Notes under the pieces: generated by a model | What the model saw: only the letters and a program-made list of their open reading frames with translations | What the model was told of the DNA's origin: nothing | Databases searched by the model: none | Translations under genes and position numbers: made by a program | Part shown: in pieces, positions 13,052-26,836 of the stretch | Layout of the letters: each line of letters starts with the position of its first letter | Position numbering within the stretch: the stretch's first letter is position 1 | From: Nymphaea colorata | Taxonomy: Eukaryota | Direction of reading: 5' to 3' | DNA: 64,000 nucleotides | NCBI RefSeq assembly: GCF_008831285.2 | Contig: NC_045138.2 | Span: forward strand, 31,558,001-31,622,000

Positions 13052-14375
13052 AGCATGGGAACAGGCTATCCTTTGTTCTTACAGTTGGTGTCTGGTATTG
13101 AGTGTTTCTTTTTTCTTTTTTTATTCTTTTTTTATTCTTTTTTTACATACTCAGTTTTTGTTCATGCTACCATGATTTGGTCAGTTTCTAATTTTTTTGA
13201 TTTCAATAATTTTTATGTAACTGAATCAACTGTAAATCCTCTGTAATTAACATCCCGGGTTTGTTTTCATTCGTTGTGAAGCAGTAGATTACAAATGTTC
13301 TGTCCTTAACAAGCTCTTATGTCTGGGTAGAACGCGAGGTGCTGTGGTGATAGAGAGTTCATTATGTTCAAATGTTTCATAAAAAAATGTATGCCTTTGT
13401 CCGTAGTAAATCATTTATGAAGTCCATCACAATGTGTACCGATTGCCAAAAAGGTTGTCTGCTGGTATTCATTCCAAAGAAAGCATTTGCTTTGCCTTGT
13501 CCTTGATTTTCACAGCTTTCTGTGGTTTTTCAATGATTGCAACTCGTATCAGGATAAAGAAATACAAAAGTGTGGCCTATCCTGTGATTCTCGATTTTGG
13601 TTGGTGATTATAATGATGAACTGACCCTGCTATGACGCCTAAGATGTGAAAACATGCAAACCTTGTGAAGATAATGAAGTTGTTTCCTAGCAGGAAATAC
13701 TGCAAGGGATATATAGAGATGCTGACAGAGTGGACAGTACTGTGGGATCCGCAGTCATTGTTCGAATCCCATAAGCATAATTTCATGTGTAAGCCAAATC
13801 AAATTTTCGTAGAAACTTATCTCTGCTCTTATTTGAGTGGTTCAGGTCTCCTGTTCCCTTCACAACACGACTATAGATTATTTTGAAACACAAAAAAAGC
13901 TATCAGAATCAAGACGTGGGGAAGGATTGCTGGTCAACACTACGCAACAGGTTTCTGACCGACACCAAGAGAGAGTCCAAGCGAATGGGAATATGCAGCT
14001 GGCTGACCTGGTAAGTCGGCCATGTTTGCCATTTGGACACCAACTATATATGCTCAGTTTTCAATAACCCATACCTTGCCTCTGCCTAGAGATATAAATG
14101 GATTGGATCTACTCAATTACCAATTCTATTTTGAATTTGTTTAGTCAGAACTGGTAAGATCACTAACGAATTACCGATTCAGTGTGCATTTTTATGACAC
14201 GACTATGAATTTGAGTTCAATATCCAACTGGGGTTTGATAGATTCGGACCCTTTTACATATAAAACTCGAATCTTCGGCTGGTTGGATCTAAATTGGCTT
14301 TAGAAAAAAAGGGTCAGAATGAAAGCACGAATCTGAATTCAGTTGCGTGGAATCTAACTAAGTCGAATTCAGTAA

Positions 14376-14486
14376 AGGCCGGATCAAGCCTGGGCATCAG
14401 GCCGGGCCCGATAGGCCATCCCGACTCCCGCCCTCCATCTCCCTCACTCCCTCTCCCTCCTTCTCTCCCGCTCTCCCTCTCCGCTT

Positions 14487-14533
<47 letters not shown>

Positions 14534-14831
14534 TCCCGCTCCCCCTCTCCCTCTCCCTCTCGGCTTCCCCTCTCCCTCTCTGCTCCTGCTCCCCCTCTCC
14601 CTCTCTGCTCCACTCCCTCTCCCTCCTCCTCCGTCTCCCTCGCCACTCCCCCTCCTCCTCAGTCTCCCTCGCTGCTCCCCCTCCTCCTCCGTCTCCTCCA
14701 TCGGAGGGCGACGGGGGGCAGGGGGAAGGGCGACGGGAGGGCAAGGGGAAAGGGGGTCGGGAGGGAGGGCCGGGTCCGGGCCGAGACCCAGGCTATCAGG
14801 CCGGGCCTGGGCCAGCCCGATGCCCAGGCCT
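14376..14831. mobile_element. MITE-like element of the GGGCATCGGGC family with a CT-rich/G-rich interior including a (TC)n microsatellite
   Basis: aagcctgggcatcaggcc...gcccgatgcccaggcct inverted termini; no TSD evident. Confidence 0.6.
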
Positions 14832-16170
14832 CCCGAAGAGGAACCGTCTGAGTCCTTAACTCCGCCCATCAAGAAATTCCAAAGCCAATCATATTTACCT
14901 CCATTCATCAATAATTTACAAGCCGCAAATTCCTTATTCATCCACGAAAGAATTCAAGAATTAGTGGAGGTTAATACATGTTCAACTCTTAAGGGTGTTA
15001 CTGATAATAATATAGTGATACATGAGTTGGTGGGTGTACTGTACTCTATCTAGGTCCTGATATAGCTCAAGGCGAAGAGAGGAGAAAAGCTTTCGGGCTT
15101 TTTTTTCAGACTTCCAGACAGTGGGTTGTTAACTTCATTCTCAACTGAAAATAAATACTTACTATCCCAAACCCAATTAGGTTGACATTGTATCTAACAT
15201 TTTGAACCTGTTGAAGGTTCTCATGACTTGTCGTCCTATTTTTGTCTACTACACCCTCTCATATATGACAATCACTCATTCAAAAAATTGCATTATATTT
15301 CACTTCAAAAGAAAAATCTCATTATGGAAAGGAACTTTTCATGAAGCCTGTAGGAATTCAAGAAAGCGCACTCCTTTCTTTTCTAAATAGAAAGTGTTCT
15401 TCTTTTTTAATACGTTTACTTGTGCTAAAACTTTGCAAATACGGCTTAAGAAGACCAAAGTTGGCAAAAATCTGCAAAATTGCCTACAATTTCAAAATTT
15501 CTAACATGCAAGGAGACATTATTAACAGGGGCGGAGGCAAATGAAGGAAGAAGGCACAATCCTCTTCTGGATTTTCTTTTAATGGCAACCCTTCGTTTGG
15601 AGCCACATATTGGCCAGAAAAAGTGCCCATCTGCCCATGTTCTATCATGTCAATTATTTAGAGTAATTTGGTGGCCCAAAATAAGCTCAAACATGTGTGT
15701 GGTAAGAGTCCTCGTCTTTGTGGTTTTAGCCGCTCGATGTTCAAAAGAGATGCTTATGCCTTGTGACTGGATCGGATTTCCATCAAAGAGCTGGAACTCT
15801 GCTCTTGGTCACCAGTGTACTACCGATCGATGGACTGCTGAATAACGAAATGGGTAGCCTGCTGGTGGTGCAGGATCAGCCTGAACTCTACTTTTTTGGG
15901 ACATTGTCGCTGTTTGTGATAATTGTGATGGGTCGACGTTCGGCATGAAATCTGATCGAGGGACATACTGGACAAACGTGGGACAATCTCGTAATTTTTT
16001 CACCGTGTCGATAACGTTAGCCGTTCGTTCCGATTGTGGTGTTCGTCCTTTGCTTCCGCACGGTGACACAGTCACAGACAGTCTTCGCTCTCTCTCTTCG
16101 GCTCCCGAGCTCACTTCCTCCTCCAACTCATTGTTCTTGCTTTTTACTTCTCTTCTGAATCGACTGGGAG

Positions 16171-19100
16171 ATGGAAATCCAAATCTTGAGAGGAAATCCC
16201 AGTTCCCTCTTCACCATCTCCCCCAGAGGCAAAGGTGCTCTCTCTCTCTCTCTCTCTCTCTCGCTCGCTCGCTCGCTCTATCCTTCTTCTTTTTATTTTG
16301 AGATATGGTGAATCCTCCGATGTGCAGAAATTCTCCATAAGAAATCATGCTCTGTTGTGGTCAGAAATCGTTTCTCTGAGCTTCAAGCTCGTATTAGACC
16401 CCCGAGCGGATCGAGTAGGCGTGCAGTTTTAAGGAAGGCCACTTCGGTTGAAGGTAGTTTTCTTTATTCAGTGAGGAAATTTTTTTTCTTGCTCTCTAGT
16501 GAGTGGACAGAGCTGGGGGGAATATTGGTTTCTGAATTTTGTTTCAAGTTCAAAAGCTGGTGCACGTCTACTTGTCTTACTAATAGAAGTCGATGCAATA
16601 TGGTCGTGCACAAGGTGGTATGGTTACTTTGAACGAATCATTGTGTTTGAGCTTTGTGATGATTAGCTTCTCCATTGCTTGGTATGCGAGATGTATGAAT
16701 TTGCCTTTGACCTGTTGTTGTACTTTGCAATTTTCGGTGCTACTTTTCTTTGCGTTTTTTCTACTCTAGCAACATGGAGTTCTTTTCTTCTTGCCTGAGT
16801 GGAACTGGAATGGCTGTTCAAATCTCGCTCACACTGTTTTTCATTTGTTTGTGGTATGTGCGTGCTTGTGCATGTACGCATGTATTTATGGTGACTTACT
16901 CTAATAATGATTAATGAGAAAGGAAGTTCCTTTTGAATATCTAAAACTGAATTTGATAATTTTTTTTGTTTCTTCCAATGTGGTCCATTAGCAATGCTTT
17001 TATTTGCCCATTTCTATAAGATCCTTACTGAAATTTTCATGTCGTCATTGATAATTTCTGGATGGCCGTCTAAAGAACGAGAAATGGAGATATTCGATTC
17101 AACCCTGCTGGGGCAAAGCCGAGAAATGGAGATGTTGAACATACTTATTTTAATACGCTTATAATTTACTCAGATATCAAAGTATGTCACAGATCACAAG
17201 GTTAGTTACCTCCTAATCATGGCAAACTTTTTTTTTTTTTTCTGCAGTTGGTTCAACAAATTTGTCAACTGGGGTTGTAGAAAAGGATGTGCTCACTGCA
17301 CTGTCACAAATTATTGATCCAGACTTTGGTACAGACATTGTTTCATGCGGATTTGTGAAGGACTTAGTTATTGAGGAAAGCTCTGGAGAGGTACTTGTAC
17401 TTTTTGGACAGTTGTTTCCTTTTTTTAGCACCTTTTATCTGGTTGCATCATTTCATGGTTTTATTTCAGGTTTCATTTCGTTTGGAGCTCACAACACCTG
17501 CATGTCCAATCAAAGACATGGTAGTGAACTATTTCTTATTTTTGAACCAGTTATTTTTGTTCTGGTCTTTTGTTGATGACTTCTTAGTTGTCTCTTCTGC
17601 ATTGATGGTTTGCTGTTTTTTATCATAATCTTGCTGTTGGAATTTATATCTTCTGTTTTAAACCATTCCCTTTTTAAAAATTTGTTCCCATGTTTTGATG
17701 TTGATGTTGCTTCTGCTTCACACTGTTCCTCTGACTTCCATCCTCTACATTAATTTAGTATTTTTCAAAATGTGTGTCTTCCCACTTTCACTTCATTTAT
17801 TGCGTCCTGCATCCTTTCCATTTACTGGCAATTGTGCTTTAAACTATTTGTTAACCATTGTCATCAACATCATTTTGTATATTTATTGGTGGATTTTCCT
17901 CGGAAATTTTTTGGATATTATTTCTCGGGGGGAAATTTTGGAAATTAAAAAAAATTTGTAAAGAATAATAGGAAAAATTATAAAATTATGAGTTATTTAC
18001 TATTTTTTTTAATAAAGTATTGCTGAAGATTCAAAATAGGGGGAATTTCTATTTTAAGGGGACCAAATGAAAGGAAAAAATATACTGAAAGTACATACAA
18101 AGGGTTTCTCTTAGAAGGGGAAAATATTGTGATACTTATTGGAATACTTATGAAAAATAAAAAATATTTTCCCAAAAATATTTCCTTCTATTTGGCGTTA
18201 ATCTTGCAATATTTTCAAAATATCACTGATTTTGTGATGCTGACTATGCTGTTAACTTATTAAGTATGATTCTCCCAGAAAAAAAATAATTTATCCAGAT
18301 TCTGCTTATTTAAGTAGTGAATGCTTTTAGTAACTGGAAATTTTCTTTTGATAGTTTGAGCAGAGAGCAAATGAGGTGGTGGCGGCCCTTCCTTGGGTTA
18401 AAAAGGTTAATGTTCAGATGTCTGCTCAACCTGCAAAGCACATGTATGCTGCAGAACTCCCTAAAGGGTTGCAGAATATTTCCAACATAATAGCTGTCTC
18501 CAGTTGCAAGGTATATTTTTTGCTACTGCAGCTATTTCTTCTATTCATTGGTAATTACTTTACCACAACTAAATGTTTGAATCGTGTGATCTATGTGGAG
18601 ATTGGATTGTAAGGAGAGTTGATACATTTAGGCTTCTTTAACCAATTTCATCATCTTCATCATTATCTGTTACTTGTTCACTTATTTCTCTGAAAAAAAA
18701 ACTGAAAGCTCTTTCTTTCTATTGCTCTGTATTCCTTATCAAGGATTAATCATGTGGAACAAAGCCAGATTTCACCACCACTGTTTGTTCTTTAAAATTA
18801 AATGGGACTGGAGTCAATACATATGGGTGAAGGAACATTGGATATCATTCATGTGGCCAACTTGTCATGCTGTTTAAAGAGAACGTCACAGCACTATTGA
18901 CATTTTCATTGAATATGATTGCAACAAACTTAGGGAAACATTTGACATCATTTGGAGGGTGTCTGAATTGGGGGGTGGTGAGGGGGAGGAGAAGTTCCAT
19001 TCTGGATAAAATTTATCTTCGTCTTATTATCTATATTGGCATCCTTAAGATGAGGAAAAATTAGTCCCCTCAGAAGGAGGAGTTGATGTTCATCCTTGAT

Positions 19101-22100
19101 CCAGGATAAGTTTCACATGCTATATCTAGAATTGATTTGGTTCCTTCAGCAGTAAAATCGCCAGAAGTGATGGACCTAATATGCAATGTCCTCTTAAGTG
19201 TTGATTCTAGACTGTTGAATTTCTTTGGCAGTGGAGTGCTGATAGTTTTATCTCTTCTTCTTTTGTTCTTCATATATATTTTTTGCTTAGCATTATGTCT
19301 TGATCAATGCAGAAAATTTCCTTTTCTTGTCCTATTTTATTTTTTATAAATGTTGGTTGTATTATGTCCGTGTAAAATTGCTTCCTAAGTTGATCATAAT
19401 TTGCAGAAGCTCAATGATAAGATGGGCTTTGGTTTTCCATATCAGATTGGCTTCATCACAAGATTATCTAACATTTTTAATTGTTAAATGAACATGACAT
19501 GGCCTTGCATTAGACCAATAAGCCCATTTTTGAAAGAAAATGTGATTTCCTTAATATTTTCTCTTTTTGCATTCTCTTTTTTAAAATTCACAAATACATT
19601 TATGAAACTTTGCTGAATGAATCTTTTTTTGAAAAATTTTCTATATTCACTTGCCAAGAAACTGTTACTGAATACAGTTGGCAGACACACTTTATGTATT
19701 CCCTTTCGAATATCTAATTAAGTTCCAGAATGAAGACATGTTTCACGTTTAAAAAGGGAAAATTGAAGAAGCACCCTATCAATCATAGTGGCCTGTTAAG
19801 TTTTGCAGGGTGGTGTAGGAAAGTCTACTGTGGCTGTAAACCTTGCATATACATTAGCTGGAATGGGAGCAAAAGTAGGCATATTTGATGCTGATGTGTA
19901 CGGTCCAAGTTTACCTACTATGGTCTCTCCTGAAGATCGGTTGTTGGAAATGGTATGGTTCCCATCCACGTGCTTGTTAACGTTGAAGCTTGTTTTGCCT
20001 AATTTTGTAGTGGTGACTTTGGATATTGTTTTTTAACAGAATCCAGAAACAAGAACGATACTTCCAACTGAGTACCTGGGTGTAAAGTTGGTATCTTTTG
20101 GGTTTGCTGGACAAGGCCGTGCAATCATGCGTGGTCCAATGGTTTCTGGGGTCATCGATCAGTTGCTGACAACTGCTGAATGGTATACAATCATCTCTTA
20201 TTGCTACCTTTTTTGGGAATCTGGATTGCAGAAGTGGAAATTCATGCATTTGACCTACTGAAATTTAACAATTGAAAGAGGGAAAAAAAGGAACGGTGGA
20301 TTTTGAGCAGCAGTTGGAAAGAATATACAATATCCTGTCTTGTATACTCTAATTCACTACAGTTAAACCTTGCTATCTTAATATTCTTCTGTAAATTTAT
20401 AAAGTGTTAGTATTATAAAGCAATATGTTGTGAAAACTTGTGTCGGAAAAAAAAAATTGCATAGTCAGCACAAGCTGAATGGTGGAACCTGCCTTAGGCT
20501 TTTACTTTGGAGGTTGGAACATTATGCAGGTAGTAGTGGACTTTCCTGAGAGTTTATGTAATGTGAATGCATGTTTTCATGCAACCTCTGGAGAAATGTG
20601 CTTCAATGGATAAGCATGTCTTTGTAACTTATTCTGAAGACTTTCTAATTTAGTTTCTAGGATTTAATATTTTTACTTGACTTCATAACTATTTGATGCA
20701 AATGGTCCTCATGAAGGTTAGACTAGAGGATGCTTAATGGAGCACATTGCTTTTTAAAAATAAATACCAAACAGTGTTGGTATAAAACTTTTCTGACAAA
20801 GAACAAAAAATAACTCAAAAGAAATAAGTCTAATGAGTTTCCTAATATTCCTTGTGAATGTAGCGTGAATATTCACTTGTTGAGGTTTAAAAAGTTATTT
20901 CCTTCTTTTGCTATGTGAAGTCAATGTGATTTTGTCAGGAGTGCGAAGCAACTATTAGATGTTTTAATGCAATTATATCTAGGTGTGACCCTATAATCTT
21001 GTGTTAAGAATGCTGCATGCATGTTTCCTTGTGATACAAGGCAACATCAATACAAGTTTATTTAACACATCAGAAAGGTTAATGGACATGGACGATCTTA
21101 TCTCTGAAGAAAGTTCTCTGGATGATCTTATTTGTTCATTCTCGGTATCATGGGTGAATTTTTCTTAACTTTATTTTCAGTCATGTTAACTAGCCGTCCT
21201 TGACCTTGTGTATGATATATGCATTTATGGCTGTAATGATTTGGAATTGTTTGTTAGAGAATGTTGTTTTTATAAGTTTTAATGCTCACATCTATCTTTG
21301 ATCTATTAATGACGTGTATAATCATAATAATTTGGAAGCATTGTTAGAGAATCTTAGAGGGGATTATGCTTTATTGTCCTTAGTATTTTTTTTCTGTTGA
21401 TAAACAAGTAGTTGTTTGGATTCAACGAAAATTGTTACTGATAAGAATGTTTTCTCACAGGCCTAATTAAGGACCTGCAAAAAATGCATCCTGGATACCT
21501 TCTTTGTCATCCACATACTCTTGGTTTAATATAAGCATAAATGTGAATACATTATTAGCTCTCTCCACATATATTATGGAGATAGAGTTCCTAGAATATA
21601 AATTTGAGGAACATGAGAACTCATGGCAACCACTTTCAGCTGTCCTATATAAAACTATCAGGGGGCTAATTTATTTCTTTCTTTTGTATTCTCTATTATT
21701 TCTTGATTGTCATGCTCCTACATATGTTGTCATCAGGGATAAGCTCCTCTAATCTTATTATTCTGGTGGCTTTATATACCACCGCATCTGTGAGAATCTT
21801 ATTTTCGCCCAGGATAGCTTGATTTGTGGATGGTCCCATTGAAGCATGAGGCAATGCCTGCGGATGTATCAAATTGCTTGGTTCATGTTTAGAGAGCCAT
21901 TTTTATTACTGGGCAAGGTTGCCTCTTTGATCCTACTTTATATTAATAAAGAAGCTCAAATGTCATCCTTATCGTAATTGCCGTGGCTTTACAGTTATAC
22001 GTACACACAAATAAAGATCGATAAATTATAAATGACAGTGCATTCACCAGTAAAAGGTATAAATGTGACTATAATAGTCACTAAAGAAGAATATGATAGA

Positions 22101-25100
22101 AAAAGGCACTAAGGCCACTTGAAAAGATATTAATCTTATTGAAAGAATACCCAATGGCTGTGTAAAAACAGCATGCCTAATACAAGAGATTGCTAAAATA
22201 TATATACAAGAGACAAGAAAGAAGAAGAGGCTAAAGAAGAGTGGTTCTAGCCATTGGGAGTTCCAACAGCTCTTTTGTGAGCCGTTGGAACCTCCAACGG
22301 CTCTTTTGTGAGCCGTTGGAACCTCCAACGGCTAGAATGAGGAGAGAAAAAAGAAAAGAAAAGAATATAAAATAAAATAAAAAGAAAATAAAATGTAAAA
22401 GAAAAGAAAAAGAAAATAAAATGTGAAATACCTAAGCTAAAAGCTAGTTACAATATCACTATGAGATCTTATTCCTTAACAAAAGGAACCAGTGGCAATT
22501 TAATGGGCTTAGCAACAAATTTTCTAAGCTGCTATGATCTGCTCTCCAGGTGCTTCATGCTTTCAATAGTCATTTGTGGTCCTTTCATGCACGCATGGTT
22601 GAGTGTTTATTTTGCTGTATCTGCCTTGTCTGGCAATGGGAAGATCATATATCATCTTCAGCCAATCTAAAACTAAATGGTAAATGAAACTTTTTGTTGA
22701 CTTTCGTGATTTACTTACCATCTTGTATGGTTTTAACCCTTGAGTGTACAGGGGGGATCTAGATTATCTCGTTATTGACATGCCTCCTGGAACTGGTGAT
22801 ATACATCTTACGTTATGCCAGGTAATTTGTTCCTAATTTGCCTTGTCTTTCACAAAAATGTTTTTCCTTTTGGATTTCTGGGGTGACGTAAAGTTGCTTA
22901 ACTTACAGCTTAACTTGGATGAGCATTAGTAATTTCATTCCCAGGTTGTTCCCTTAACTGCAGCTGTGATTGTTACAACTCCCCAAAAGCTGTCCTTTAT
23001 TGATGTTGCCAAAGGAGTTCGTATGTTTTCAAAGCTGAAGGTATAATCGACTGAGACATGTATGTCATCTCGAGAGTTTTCTATTTGTTTAATATTTAGC
23101 TTCTGCTGACCTGTAGATGCTATGGTTTTCAAACTTTCATCTGCTTTGAAGATTGCAATTTTGCTTTGAATAGAGAATTTATCCATTTTAGAACCATTTG
23201 TTGGTATTACATGGTTGTCATAGGACGCTTACATGGTTGTCATAGGACGTGTTAGAAGCAGTGCAATTACTGAGTGGACACATGCTTTCCTGTAATGTTT
23301 GTTTGAACATCATAGGACTTTATGGTAGAAAAATAAAAAACAGTGTAAAATGAGATTTATGTGAGCCTACCATTTATTTGGGATACTATAAGGTTATAGG
23401 TTTTTAAGATTTTTTTTCTTCCAGGTGCCATGTGTTGCTGTTGTTGAGAACATGTGTTATTTTGATGCTGATGGGAAACGTTATCACCCATTTGGTAAAG
23501 GTTCCGGATCTCAGGCATGCATTTGGGCCTTTACCCCATTTTCTTTACTGTTTCTGGCATAATGAAAATGTTTTATGATAGTCCTGATTTTGCCAATGCA
23601 GGTGGTTCAACAGTTTGGAATTCCACATCTCTTTGAGCTTCCCATCAGACCAACAGTAGGTGATTTATGTTTATAGAGTTTTCATCAGAAGCTTCATTAT
23701 TTCATGAGGTTCAAATTTCCAATTGGACCAACAACATGTGCTATATGGGAAGCATGTATTAGTTCATTAATCTTCTTTTCACACATAATTTTATGTGACA
23801 TGTAGCTGTCAACGCTAAAATAGGAAAAATAAGATAAAGTGTAATGTCATGACACATTTTTTGTTAACTTTATCGTATGGTTTGCATGGTTTTGCAATTT
23901 TTGTTTTTTTGTGTTATTTTTATCTTCTTGTTCGATGTCACCACTAGCTATTAGATAGTCATAGTTGTGTACTTGGCTGTTACGGAATATAACGCTTTCA
24001 CCTGTTCCGTGCATTTTATATGTAGTTCAGTAATTGCATTAGAACCCTGTTAGGTTATAATGACCTTGCAAATCTCCTTGTCAATTTATTAAACCATTCT
24101 ACAATTAAAGTCACATCATCTTAATTTATCATTGTTTACATCTTTTATCAAGCCCAAGCATTTCAGAAACAGAATCTGTAATAGGTGAGAGTCTATGACA
24201 AAAGTGTAGACTAAGGTTTGGGGAAGGGGTGAAGACTGTATGTACAGAACTGCACGAATATCCATCATCCTTAGTATCTTCCAGAAAGGTAATTATACAA
24301 TGATTTCTCGTTCATATTTAAATCTGAAAAAATAATAGTTGGATTGTGAAAATCTTAGGAGAAAATGTTGTTAACGATTCTATTAGCTCATATCTTTTTG
24401 GTTGCTTAATATCGTTAATATAAGTAAAAATTGAACATGTTCTTAGGAAAGAGAAAAACTTTGAAATTTCCTAATGAGATGTTTCATATTAGTTTTCTCT
24501 CTTTAAAAATTATTTAGGTTATAAAGACAATACTTTTTAGTTTTCATGCATTTTGTGAAGGGCCTTTTGAAATAAATTGTTTGAAGTCCTTCAAATACAC
24601 TTCGCTTCTGGTGTTTGTGGTACTGATATTGGTGCCTGTTGTCTCATACCCAGGCAGCATTATTGTGACGGTAACTACTGTCTTTTGCTAATGTGACACT
24701 TGTGAATGCATAAATTATCTGTTACTATAGTCATTATACTGCAATTACATATAATCTGCTACTATAACGCACCATGCTGATAAGCCTCAATCTTCCTTTG
24801 CATTCTTCATTTCCTTGTTTTATGTCTCTTTGATCATGGCATGCATCATGATTGCCATATAACTGTAGCATCAGAGCTTTGTTATTTCAGAGCTCGAGAA
24901 GTGTTATCTGGACATATAACTTTTTGTAAATCATATTAATCAATACCACTGCATAAGTTGCGAAATATAGTAGGAAACAGAAACCCCATTGAATAATGTG
25001 GTTTATGGCCAATTAGAAAATTATGGTCTCTCACTGCTTCTTTATGGAGAACATGTTCTTCATCACTCTGTTTGCTAAATCATATAGTGGATATCTCATT

Positions 25101-26836
25101 TGACAGCTTTCAGCATCTGGTGATAGTGGAATGCCTGAAGTAGTAGGAGATCCTCTGGGTGAAGTTGCTAGAACATTTCAAGAACTTGGTGTTTGCGTTG
25201 TACAACAATGTGCCAAGATTCGTCAAAGTGGTAATTTTTATTACTTGCTTTCATGGTTATATAGTGCCTGTATTCTGCTGCTTTGTTGAATGGCACTTTT
25301 GCTTTGACAAGTAGCTCTGCCATGACAAGTGGCTAAATAGCAGCTTTTCTTTATATGGTACTGCTCAATTTAGATTTTACTGGGGTATCCTCATTGTCAT
25401 TCTTTTCAACACTTTGATGCTTGTCCTGATTTTTACTGAGCAGTGTCTACGGCTGTGACTTATGACCAATCTATAAAAGTAATCCGAGTAAAGGTGCCAG
25501 ATTCAGATGAAGAGATTTTTCTCCATCCGGCTACAGTGAGAAGAAATGATCGATCCGCTCAAAGTGTTGTATGTTGTCTTCCATTTTAATGATCTTTTTT
25601 TCTTATACATTTCCGAATGAAATCCCTCTTTCCGCATCTATCGGTTCAGCTTTTTCAGTGTCTAATAGTAAGAACATTTATAGATTTCACTTTTCCAAAC
25701 TTTTAGTCATTTAAGATGGAACCATTTAACATATTTATGGGCTGAAATTCATGTTTTCTGAATAGGTGGCTTGTCATGGTTGCATTTAGTGTCTTTGAAT
25801 TATATCTTCAGATGAACCTGTATGATGGCCATGTCTCAACTCTCACATACTTTGTATTGAGTTCCTATTAATTTCCAAGAAATGATCTGGTAATTTGTTC
25901 TTTCTCATCATGGAGAGGGTTAATTTTGTTGGAATGCAAATTGGCAGGAATGGATAAGCAGCACAGGTTTATATGTTTTATTTGATTTACTAACTTTATA
26001 TTACTGTGGTTGTTGCTAGAAACCATGTTTCCTTGTTTTTGTTCATTTCCTTTCTTGAAACAGGATGAATGGACTGGGGAGCAAAAGCTGCAGTACAATG
26101 ATATCCCTGATGATATTGAGCCAGTAGAAATACGACCAATGGGAAATTATGCTGTTTCCATAACATGGCCAGATGGGTTTAGCCAGGTAAATATTTTTTT
26201 GAATTTGATATTCAGTGACTATATTAAGTTTTATAGCCAAGTGTTCAGTTTTTCAAGAGTTAAAGCTGACTGGGACTGCTGTATACTGTGTAGTTAAGCA
26301 CATGAAACTCCGACAAGTACTAGCGCAAGTACGAGCAATAGCTTTCTGAGAGGAGTGTAATGTCAGGGTGTATATGGTTTAGTTTTACAGAAGTATTCTA
26401 ATGATTTCCGCTTAATATGTATATGGAAGAAGCCATGACTTGAGCAATACGTATATTACTCACTTTTAGAGCAGTGTTCTAATGATCTCTACTCACAGTA
26501 ATTGCCCCTCATCTCTACCCATTTTGTTGCATACAATGTTAGCAAACCATAGGCAGGATGGCCCTAAACCTCCTTTGACAAATGTTTGGTTAAAAAAGAA
26601 AAGAAGAAAGAAAAAACCCAAGACTTCCATTTTCATTCATCTGATGTTTTCAGGTGTAGTATGAAACTGTCTTCCTCCAAACTCTTTGCCTGAGCATTTT
26701 GTTGGTAATAGCATGCCTCAATCTTGTATTGCATTTCAATATTGCTTCTCTCCGCCATGTTATGCAGATTGCACCTTATGATCAGTTGGAGGGCATGGAG
26801 AGGCTTGTTGATGTTCCTCAAACTCTTAAAGTATAG
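16171..26836 (+). CDS. HCF101: Chloroplast Fe-S cluster assembly factor HCF101 (Mrp/NBP35 P-loop ATPase with N- and C-terminal extensions), 525 aa; exons 16171-16234, 16328-16453, 17248-17390, 17470-17520, 18355-18510, 19809-19952, 20040-20182, 22752-22821, 22945-23040, 23425-23514, 23602-23655, 25107-25230, 25444-25568, 26064-26186, 26768-26836
   Basis: Exons sum to 1578 nt in frame. S/R-rich transit-peptide-like N-terminus; [34 protein letters not shown]; Walker [46 protein letters not shown]-terminal [26 protein letters not shown]. The first two exons are less certain. Confidence 0.95.
22245..22337. repeat. Tandem 31-bp palindromic units in HCF101 intron 7
   Basis: ccaacggctcttttgtgagccgttggaacct repeated, bounded by inverted ttctagcc...ggctagaa. 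Confidence 0.85.

Noticed and set aside
14294..14941. Long overlapping ORFs (SLSLSL / ERERER)
   Set aside because: Artefacts of the (TC)n low-complexity tract inside a repeat.
22263..22333. CRISPR-like palindromic repeats
   Set aside because: No unique spacers; eukaryotic intron context.
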